A DNA stretch of 37,992 nt. Origin: a virus. The notes beneath the pieces are model-generated. The model made no database searches. It had not been told where the DNA came from and was given only the letters and a program-made list of their open reading frames with translations. The stretch lies in the IMG/VR virus record IMGVR_UViG_3300048930_001142. One strand, 5' to 3'. Positions 17,670 through 23,822 of this stretch are shown in pieces. The position numbers and the translations under genes were made by a program. Position 1 is the stretch's first letter. Every line of letters begins with the position of its first letter.

Positions 17670-19213
17670 CTGGTGTCGACCTCGGCGTCGTCGATTTTAA
17701 GATAGGCGTAGGTCTGGTCGACGGCGCTGTGATTCATTTTGAGCTGAATACTACGGATATCGGCGCCATCTTCGTAGGCAAACTTGGCCCAAGAGACTCT
17801 GAGACTGTGGGCTCTTCTTTGGCTTCCCCCGGCAGTGATCGGGGTGATGCCGGCCTTGTCAAAAAGGCTACTGATGCGGCGACAGCTGGTCGAGATGCCA
17901 AGCGGCTTGTCTTTGACCTCGAGAGAGGCCGAGAAAAGGTAGGCCTCGGGAGGAGCGTCGTGAAAGTAGCGCTCGATATAGGCCTCGACCATGTCGGCGA
18001 CTGGCTTTGAGACGCCGACGGTGTAGCGATCGGCGTTGGCCTTGCTTTCAATGGCGAGGCTTTTGCCGCGGCGTGTTTCGAGGAGGTCGCACTTTCTGAG
18101 CGACAAAAGACCGCTGTGGCGCATGCCGACGCCGGCCAGGAGGTAGACGGCCAAAAGATCGCGGTGGGCCTTCCAGCGCTGGGGGATGTTCAAAGGCGGC
18201 GTCGACTTCAAGATCTCCTGGGCCGTGGCGATGACCTTGGCGGTTTCGTCTCGGGTGAGCGCCTCGGTCTGGACCTTTCTCTCGACCTTTGGAACCTTGA
18301 GCCTTTGAAGCGGGTTTTTGGGGATCTCCTCTTCGCCAGCGCAAAACCCCAGGAAGGCTTTGACGGCCGACAGCTCGCTGGCGATGGTGGCCGGCTGCTT
18401 GCCAAGCTCACTTCGGTACTGCTTGAAGGCCACGACGCTTTCCAGCGTGAACTTGTCGAGACGGTCGACGGGGCTTTCGAGCACGCTGGCCGCAAAGCTT
18501 CGGTAGGTGCCCAGGTGCTTGCGGTAGAGCTTGGCGGTGGCGGGCTTTCTTTGGCCGGAAAGAAAGATCTCGAGAAGCTGCTCGAGCCTCTCTTCGGGCG
18601 TCTCTGCGAGGTTTCCAAGCCTGGCAAGGCTTGGGGCCGGCTCGGACTTGTCGCCCTCCACCTTGCGCGCAAGCGGTCGCTGGTGGCCGCGCGTGTAGCG
18701 ATGGGCAGCGCTCACCGACACGCCGTACTTTTTTGCCAAGGCCTCCAGCGTTGCGCCCTCTCGCCTCTCGCGCTGCATGTCGGAGATAAAGCTTTTGCCA
18801 TGGGCCTCGGCGATGCTGGGAAGCCGTCGGGGGCGGAGCTTTTTCTGATGAGCGTTCATGACCCCGGTGAGAAACGAGCTGGTCATCTGCTCTTTGGGAT
18901 CAAGCAGCAGGTTTTCATCAAGCAGCCGCACGTAGAGGCCGTCTTTCCTGCGCTTCTCGTAGAGGTCGACGAAGAGGTCGATGTCGAGCCTGGGGTGGTT
19001 CAGGCCATCGATCACCACCACACTGCGGTCTTCGGCCGTCAGCATCAGCGAGCGAAAGGAGGTATTCTTTTCGAGTACCACCCGCACCTTGTTCATGCGC
19101 TCGTCCAGGTGCGGCAGCATCTTGCCGGGATGCCGCCTCTCCTCCTGCGCCCGGTAGATCCGCTTCATCTCCTCCAGTGAGCCACCAAGCGACACGTAGT
19201 AGATCGTCAGCAC
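17621..19213 (-). CDS. Recombinase fusion: resolvase-like N-terminal domain + HTH + complete tyrosine recombinase; start revised to GTG at 19213
   Basis: AAGGAG lies 8 nt upstream of the GTG. N-terminal motifs: IYYVS, VVVIDGLNHPRLDIDLF, GLYVRLLDENL, HTH ATLEALAKKYGVSVSAAHRY. C-terminal motifs: SAM-like core-binding domain, GMRHSGLLSLRKCDL, AHSLRVSWA (HxxR), DQTYAYL (Tyr). Confidence 0.75.
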   Translation of the reverse strand: MLTIYYVSLGGSLEEMKRIYRAQEERRHPGKMLPHLDERMNKVRVVLEKNTSFRSLMLTAEDRSVVVIDGLNHPRLDIDLFVDLYEKRRKDGLYVRLLDENLLLDPKEQMTSSFLTGVMNAHQKKLRPRRLPSIAEAHGKSFISDMQRERREGATLEALAKKYGVSVSAAHRYTRGHQRPLARKVEGDKSEPAPSLARLGNLAETPEERLEQLLEIFLSGQRKPATAKLYRKHLGTYRSFAASVLESPVDRLDKFTLESVVAFKQYRSELGKQPATIASELSAVKAFLGFCAGEEEIPKNPLQRLKVPKVERKVQTEALTRDETAKVIATAQEILKSTPPLNIPQRWKAHRDLLAVYLLAGVGMRHSGLLSLRKCDLLETRRGKSLAIESKANADRYTVGVSKPVADMVEAYIERYFHDAPPEAYLFSASLEVKDKPLGISTSCRRISSLFDKAGITPITAGGSQRRAHSLRVSWAKFAYEDGADIRSIQLKMNHSAVDQTYAYLKIDDAEVDTRWLPTVRLQTSTGVRL

Positions 19214-19689
19214 CCGACCTTGCTCCTTCCCCAGCACCCTTTTGCGAATAAATAGCGCCCGATCCCTACCCCTTTCTTCGTCGTGAGAAGTAGGAGGTAA
19301 GACAGGGTTACTCCGAGGGGCCGGACGCCCGCCGAAGATGAGACGCAAAACCCTTGAGCCACAAGGAGCCCTCGCGCACGGCCATGCATTCTGTCGGGAA
19401 ATGAACCTATGCCGCTAAGATAGCAGACAAAAGACGGCATGTTTACGGCTTTTGCCAAAGCGGCCACAGCTTCCGACACAGTGCGTAGAAAGCGTGCAAA
19501 CGGGTCCTTTCCCACCCCCCTTTTGCGGTGCCGGCGGCGCCGCAGCAGCTCACTAGAGAATGAAAAATTTTGCGGACTTGCGTCCCTGCGCAGGAATTAG
19601 GATGGTTTCACATATATTTTTGCTAGGAAGGGTCGGTTGAGCTAAAGTATATATAAAATAGTGCCGACTAGAGAGAGGAGGCTCACCTG

Positions 19690-19971
19690 GTGGTGAGGGA
19701 GTTTGACGGCTACACCCTCGAGATCTCCCCATGGGTCTTGGAGAAAATCGCAACCGAGCATGGCGTCACAGAAACCGACGTGGAGGAAGCCTACTGCAAC
19801 TCTTCGCCCGCAGACTGGAGGCGGCCTCGCAACCCGCGGCACGACCCGCCCGAAACCTGGCGCATCATCGCGCCAACCATGAGCGACCGGGTGCTGGTCC
19901 TCTTTCTGACCCCCGATCGCAACAGGCGAAAACTCAAACTCAAAACAGCACTGTGGCTCGATGAGCTTTGA
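19690..19971 (+). CDS. BrnT-like (DUF497-like) toxin candidate; GTG start
   Basis: 93 aa. ISPWVLEKIATEHGVTETDVEEAY then RVLVLFLTP...LKLKTA. RBS GAGAGGAGG upstream. Its stop overlaps the start of a BrnA-like gene. Confidence 0.55.
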   Translation: MVREFDGYTLEISPWVLEKIATEHGVTETDVEEAYCNSSPADWRRPRNPRHDPPETWRIIAPTMSDRVLVLFLTPDRNRRKLKLKTALWLDEL

Positions 19972-20380
19972 AAAAAGGAAGCTAACAATGCCCTCCAACT
20001 ACCCCATCGATCCAAGCACCAAGGCTGAGAGAGAGGCCGACCTTAAAGAGGCCCAAAAACTCGAAGAAGACTTTCGAGCCGGCCGTCAAAGCGACTGGGT
20101 GGCCGCCCAAGACGACGAGCTCTCTGAGATCCACGAGATCGACCGGCAGGTCAAAGAAAACCTCGCCAAGCGTCACGGCGGCGGCCGGCCCAAAAGCGAC
20201 GAGCCCCTGGCGCCCGTCTATATGAAGTGGCCAGAGTCGCTGCTTGCCAACGCCAAGGAAGAGGCCAAGCGCCTCAACATCGGCTACCAGAGCTTTATCA
20301 AGATGGCCGTCACCGAGTACATCCGCCTAAGGCGCGCCAAGGAGCGCGACGCCGCAGGAGCTGCCCATGACGAGCAATGA
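19961..20380 (+). CDS. BrnA-like (CopG/RHH-type) antitoxin candidate
   Basis: 139 aa. The C-terminus VYMKWPESLLANAKEEAKRLNIGYQSFIKMAVTEYI matches the BrnA pattern (RLP.S.L..LK..A....PYQSLIK). Confidence 0.6.
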   Translation: MSFEKRKLTMPSNYPIDPSTKAEREADLKEAQKLEEDFRAGRQSDWVAAQDDELSEIHEIDRQVKENLAKRHGGGRPKSDEPLAPVYMKWPESLLANAKEEAKRLNIGYQSFIKMAVTEYIRLRRAKERDAAGAAHDEQ

Positions 20381-20654
20381 GAAGACTGCCCCACAAGCCG
20401 CCACCACCTGGTGGTACTCCCCAAGCGCCAGCGAGCCGCCGAAGGACCTTGCCGGCTGGCTCGAGCGCATCCGCGCTCACGTCACCTGGGCGCGCGGGAC
20501 CATGACGCCGCGCGAAATGCCAAGCGCCTGTGCATCGCTCGAGAAGGCGGCAGCCGCCCTCGAGCAGCTCGGCAAGGTGCTGGAGACCCGTGGTCTTGGC
20601 GTGACGCCGCTTGACGTCTCCGAGGGACACTAGAACGAATCAAGCGGCCGGCGA
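20355..20654 (+). repeat. Direct repeat copy 1 (about 300 bp, contains the 88-aa gene)
   Basis: By-eye alignment with 21905-22212 runs from caggagct upstream of the ATG through caagcggcc(g/a)gcga after the stop, with scattered substitutions. Confidence 0.8.
20367..20633 (+). CDS. Hypothetical 88-aa protein, copy 1 of a duplicated gene; translationally coupled to the BrnA-like gene
   Basis: Its ATG overlaps the BrnA-like 3' end. A near-identical paralog lies at 21917-22183. No family recognised. Confidence 0.65.
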   Translation: MTSNEKTAPQAATTWWYSPSASEPPKDLAGWLERIRAHVTWARGTMTPREMPSACASLEKAAAALEQLGKVLETRGLGVTPLDVSEGH

Positions 20655-20664
20655 CGGGTGACAT

Positions 20665-21225
20665 ATGACTTTTGGTAACCTTAGGAGCCTCGACGAACGC
20701 CGTCTCCAAGATGAGTTCGACGACGCCCACGCCACGTGTGACTGCAAAGGCACCTGGAAGGTCACAATCCGAGAAAACATCCCCCACACCATCGAAGGGC
20801 TCGGCATGGTCCTCCTGGTCAAGGCGCCCTTTGTCGAGTGCGATACCTGTGAGACGCTCTATTTCTACCCAGGGCTCGAGCAGAATCTCAGGCTCGGCAT
20901 TGCCACACAGCTCATCAACGATGCGCATGCTCTCGACAAGCAGCAGTTGCGGTTTCTTCGCATCGTTGCCGGCTTGACCCAGCAAGAAACCGCGAGTGCC
21001 CTCAACATGGACGTCAAAGAGTACAATAAGTTTGAATCGGTCAACAACACGACCCGCCATCTCAGCATCGACCGGCAGTTTCGTCTCCGGGTGATCTATG
21101 CCCGCCGTCTTGGGCTCGATCTGAATGAGCTGGCACGTATCGCTGATCATCTCGACCCTGATCAGACTGTCCATCTGCCACAGCGCATTGAAAGCAATGA
21201 CCTCTTCAACCGCCTCGCTCTTTAA
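20665..21225 (+). CDS. MqsA-like antitoxin/regulator (zinc-ribbon N-terminus + XRE-type HTH)
   Basis: 186 aa. CDC...C..C cysteine pairs (ATCDCKG...FVECDTCETLYF), then LRFLRIVAGLTQQETASALNMDVKEYNKFES. Confidence 0.6.
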   Translation: MTFGNLRSLDERRLQDEFDDAHATCDCKGTWKVTIRENIPHTIEGLGMVLLVKAPFVECDTCETLYFYPGLEQNLRLGIATQLINDAHALDKQQLRFLRIVAGLTQQETASALNMDVKEYNKFESVNNTTRHLSIDRQFRLRVIYARRLGLDLNELARIADHLDPDQTVHLPQRIESNDLFNRLAL

Positions 21226-21333
21226 AGACGAAGGGGGGCTTAGCCAAAGGTCGGCACACAAGTGCGCTCGCCGTACACGTTCTGCCGACGCAAAGCGCGC
21301 TGACCCATTTCTTGCTGGTGGAGTTTTTAGGCA

Positions 21334-21561
21334 ATGGCTCCCGCACCTCTTGAAGTCTCCCCGCACGCTGCACTCCGCCTCAAAGAGCGTCGCATCTCGC
21401 GCACTGAGGTGCGTCGCTGCATTGCGCTCGGAGAGACAACACGCATCGATATCAGCGGCCGATTCATCGCGGAGCTTCCCCTCGCACGCCGAACCCTGCT
21501 AGTGGTTTACTTGAAGGTGCGAGGTGGATATCTCCTCATCACCGCTTACTGGAAGGACTGA
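21334..21561 (+). CDS. DUF4258-like toxin candidate
   Basis: 75 aa. VSPHAALRLKERRISRTEVRRCIALGE...LLVVYLKVRGGYLLITAYW fits the DUF4258 pattern. Confidence 0.6.
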   Translation: MAPAPLEVSPHAALRLKERRISRTEVRRCIALGETTRIDISGRFIAELPLARRTLLVVYLKVRGGYLLITAYWKD

Positions 21562-21565
21562 GCCC

Positions 21566-21856
21566 GTGAAGGTGACAAAAGACGCCAAGCTAGACGTCGC
21601 ATACATCAAGCTCCGCACCGGCAAGGTCGCATCCACGGTCGAGCTGCGCCCGGGCATCTTGTTCGACCTTGACAAGAACGGCCAGGTGCTTGGGATCGAA
21701 GTGCTAGCATTGAGCCAACTCGCGCCGCTGCTCAAAGCAAGCGGCTCCAGCGGTCCAGCCGCCCGAGCGCGTAGGCAGCAGCCAGGCAGCAGACGGCAAG
21801 AAAACGCGGAAAACCGAAGGTCATCGACAGCAGCGCAGCGGTCGTCAAATCGTTAG
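21566..21856 (+). CDS. DUF2283-like antitoxin candidate with basic disordered tail; GTG start
   Basis: VKVTKDAKLDVAYIKLRTGKVASTVELRPGILFDLDKNGQVLGIEVLALSQL fits the DUF2283 pattern. Lies immediately after the DUF4258-like gene. Confidence 0.55.
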   Translation: MKVTKDAKLDVAYIKLRTGKVASTVELRPGILFDLDKNGQVLGIEVLALSQLAPLLKASGSSGPAARARRQQPGSRRQENAENRRSSTAAQRSSNR

Positions 21857-21904
21857 GTGTTGTCGCAATCCGTGATCGAACAAGACCCAAGGAGGCCTAC
21901 GACA

Positions 21905-22212
21905 CAGGAGCTAGCCATGACAAACAATGAGAAACCCAGCCCTCAAGCCGCCGCCACCTGGTGGTATTCCCCTAGCGCCAGCGAACCGCCGACCGACCTT
22001 GCCGGCTGGCTCGAGCGCATCCGCGCTCACGTCACCTGGGCACGCGGCGCCATGACCCCGCGCGAAATGCCAAGCGCCTGTGCATCGCTCGAAAAGGCGG
22101 CAGCCGCCCTCGAGCAGCTCGGCAAGCTGCTGGAGAGCCGCGGTCTAGGCGTGACGCCGCTTGACGTCTCCGAGGGACGCTAGAGCAAAGCAAGCGGTCA
22201 AGCGGCCAGCGA
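21905..22212 (+). repeat. Direct repeat copy 2 (about 300 bp, contains the second 88-aa gene)
   Basis: See 20355-20654. Confidence 0.8.
21917..22183 (+). CDS. Hypothetical 88-aa protein, copy 2 of the duplicated gene (start at internal ATG, MTNNEK...)
   Basis: MTNNEKPSPQAAATWWYSPSASEPPTDLAGWLERIRAHVTWARG... is nearly identical to the 20367-20633 product. AGGAG lies upstream. Confidence 0.65.
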   Translation: MTNNEKPSPQAAATWWYSPSASEPPTDLAGWLERIRAHVTWARGAMTPREMPSACASLEKAAAALEQLGKLLESRGLGVTPLDVSEGR

Positions 22213-22277
22213 AGACTACTCGCTTTCCTCCGCAGCCCCCGACGCCGCTCGGCGCCTAGCGCCTCACGGCGCTCCGC

Positions 22278-22601
22278 CTACGTCTGGTAAGCCGGCGGCA
22301 AACACGAATAGACACCCTCGCCCACCAGCTCGGCGCCGTCCCAGCTCCAAACAACAACGTCCCCCTCGCCAGGAGAGGGACCTGGCAGCGGCGTAAATCG
22401 ATAGGGTGGCTTGCCGGTCGAGGTCCAAAGCTCCGGATTGCGCTCGGCCGTCTCGATGACAAAGCGGATCTTCGTGAGATACTTCTCGGCCGTCTCGATC
22501 GCGCCTGAATAATCCGCCTTGTCCAGAGCCCGGCGCAATACCGCCTGATAGACGGCCGGCGAACGCCACCGCCATGTCGCCCGCTTCTGGTTCGTCATCA
22601 A
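22278..22601 (-). CDS. ParE/RelE-like toxin candidate (paralog of 30026-30352)
   Basis: 107 aa downstream of, and overlapping, a Phd/YefM-like gene. Shares WRW, ...ET..+Y, GDVV..S and LPP features with the second pair. Confidence 0.45.
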   Translation of the reverse strand: MMTNQKRATWRWRSPAVYQAVLRRALDKADYSGAIETAEKYLTKIRFVIETAERNPELWTSTGKPPYRFTPLPGPSPGEGDVVVWSWDGAELVGEGVYSCLPPAYQT

Positions 22602-22918
22602 GCCGTCTCACTCTCAGGCTTCGCGGCAGAATCACCGGCGTCGTGGTCGCTGCTGCCTTCAAGCTTCAGCATCAACGCACGATACTGCTCGCGCACCTCG
22701 CGCAGCTCCTGCTCGAGCGCCTTCGGCACGACCTCTTTCCCTCTCTCGCCACTGTGCCAGCAGGTAACGAGATCCAGGTAGTGGTCGAGCGGGATGACCA
22801 CCTTGACCGGGTGGGCACGGTGGAGCACCTGCAAGGGCTGCTCCCGCGTCACGCCGGCAAAGAGGGCGTTTGAGTCTTTCTTCAGGTCGGTGAGGGTCAC
22901 GGTCTTGAAGTTAAGCAT
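22598..22918 (-). CDS. Phd/YefM-like antitoxin; start revised to ATG at 22918
   Basis: GAGGAG lies 8 nt upstream. MLNFKTVTLTDLKKDSNALFAGVTREQPLQVLHRAHPVKVVIPLDHYLDL fits the Phd/YefM N-terminal domain. Confidence 0.65.
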   Translation of the reverse strand: MLNFKTVTLTDLKKDSNALFAGVTREQPLQVLHRAHPVKVVIPLDHYLDLVTCWHSGERGKEVVPKALEQELREVREQYRALMLKLEGSSDHDAGDSAAKPESETA

Positions 22919-23156
22919 TGGTAACTCCTCAGTTTCACAGAGCGAAAGCCCCGCATAGCTGTTAAGAGTACCGTTATCGGAACCTTTCGGCAAGCGCTGA
23001 AGCACAAAGCACCCGTCCCCGTCGCTCAAGAGGGCGGCCGGCCACCCCCTCGGGGCCGCCTGACATCTCAGAATGGCGCTAGGCTAGGGTCGATCGGCTG
23101 GGTGCATCGTCTTTTTGCAGATAAAGAGGGCTAGCGACCTCGGGAGAGCCGCTTGC

Positions 23157-23507
23157 TTACTCTTGTTCATCCTCGCGCCGATCCCAAACAATCCGAGGAC
23201 GCCTGCCTAACACCCGCCCCAGCTCCACAAGACTGGCTAGCGTGAGGTTCGCCTCCGCATTGACGATCTTATAAGCCTGCCGTGTGCTCGTTCCCAGTCT
23301 CGAGGTGAGCATGGGAACCCCAATTTTTTCAGTCGCCATGAACTCAACCACAGTCCTGCTCAGCTCTTCCTGCATCGCCTTCAAATCGGCAAGCTCTTGC
23401 AAAGCTTCGAGCCTGCTTTCCGCTCGCTCCTCTGGCGTCAGGCGCGCATTCAGCAGCTCGTCGACGTCCTGGAATTGTTCAAGTCGCTCTTTGGTAAAGC
23501 GAGCCAT
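23157..23507 (-). CDS. HigA-like / XRE-type HTH antitoxin
   Basis: 116 aa. LTSRLGTSTRQAYKIVNAEANLTLASLVELGRVLGRRPRI resembles the addiction-module antidote HTH. Confidence 0.55.
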   Translation of the reverse strand: MARFTKERLEQFQDVDELLNARLTPEERAESRLEALQELADLKAMQEELSRTVVEFMATEKIGVPMLTSRLGTSTRQAYKIVNAEANLTLASLVELGRVLGRRPRIVWDRREDEQE

Positions 23508-23510
23508 GGC

Positions 23511-23627
23511 CTACTCCTTGTCCTGCAGCCGTTTTCGAGCAGTTTCGATGTCGGATGCTTGCGATCCCTTGTCACCACCGACGAGCAGGATAACCCCCGT
23601 CCTTCTCTTATCGGATTTCCTTTGATT
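23511..23627 (-). pseudogene. Truncated addiction-module killer (COG3657/HigB-like) toxin remnant, C-terminal 38 codons only
   Basis: Hand translation: NQRKSDKRRTGVILLVGGDKGSQASDIETARKRLQDKE*. It ends 3 nt before the antitoxin ATG. The family motif is LL.GGDKSSQ..DI..A. The frame is closed by TAA upstream and has no start codon. Confidence 0.55.
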
Positions 23628-23822
23628 TTACTATATGAAAAATTTGTCCTAAAGTACAAACTCTAGCCGCCCTATCCGACGTCATCCCAAGCCCCTCTAC
23701 TCCTTCCATAAAAGTCGAGCTGTTGAGCCAGATTCTCACTTTCCCTAAAGACTTTGAGGCAAAAGTCCGACCTCCTCCTACAAGCTGCCTAGAGGAATCC
23801 GTGCCTGCTCGGAGTTGCCCGA

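Noticed and set aside
9352-19180. Other long antisense ORFs: 9352-10371 (+), 11914-12861 (+), 12335-13150 (+), 15787-16659 (+), 17062-17705 (+), 18116-19180 (+)
   Set aside because: Each lies entirely opposite a recognisable virion, terminase or recombinase gene. They have biased Arg/Gly/Ala/Pro composition and no motifs.
17621-19348. Idea that the large recombinase is a protelomerase and the replicon is a linear N15-like plasmid prophage
   Set aside because: The C-terminal domain looks like an ordinary XerC/D-type tyrosine recombinase and the N-terminus is resolvase-like. I saw no long telomere-type palindrome. The matching arrays at both window ends favour a circle.
19349-19689. attP or cos site, and a tRNA or sRNA, in the recombinase / BrnT intergenic region
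   Set aside because: I saw only short features: a CCTGCGCAGG palindrome at 19585-19594, two TTTTGCGG motifs, and an AT-rich probable promoter region. There is nothing that can be assigned without mapped DNA ends or a host attB sequence. No cloverleaf-like tRNA structure was noticed.
20482-21366. 294-aa ORF on the minus strand across the MqsA-like / DUF4258-like region
   Set aside because: The plus-strand ORFs show recognisable zinc-ribbon/HTH and DUF4258 patterns and sensible spacing. The minus-strand product has no motif and spans two intergenic gaps.
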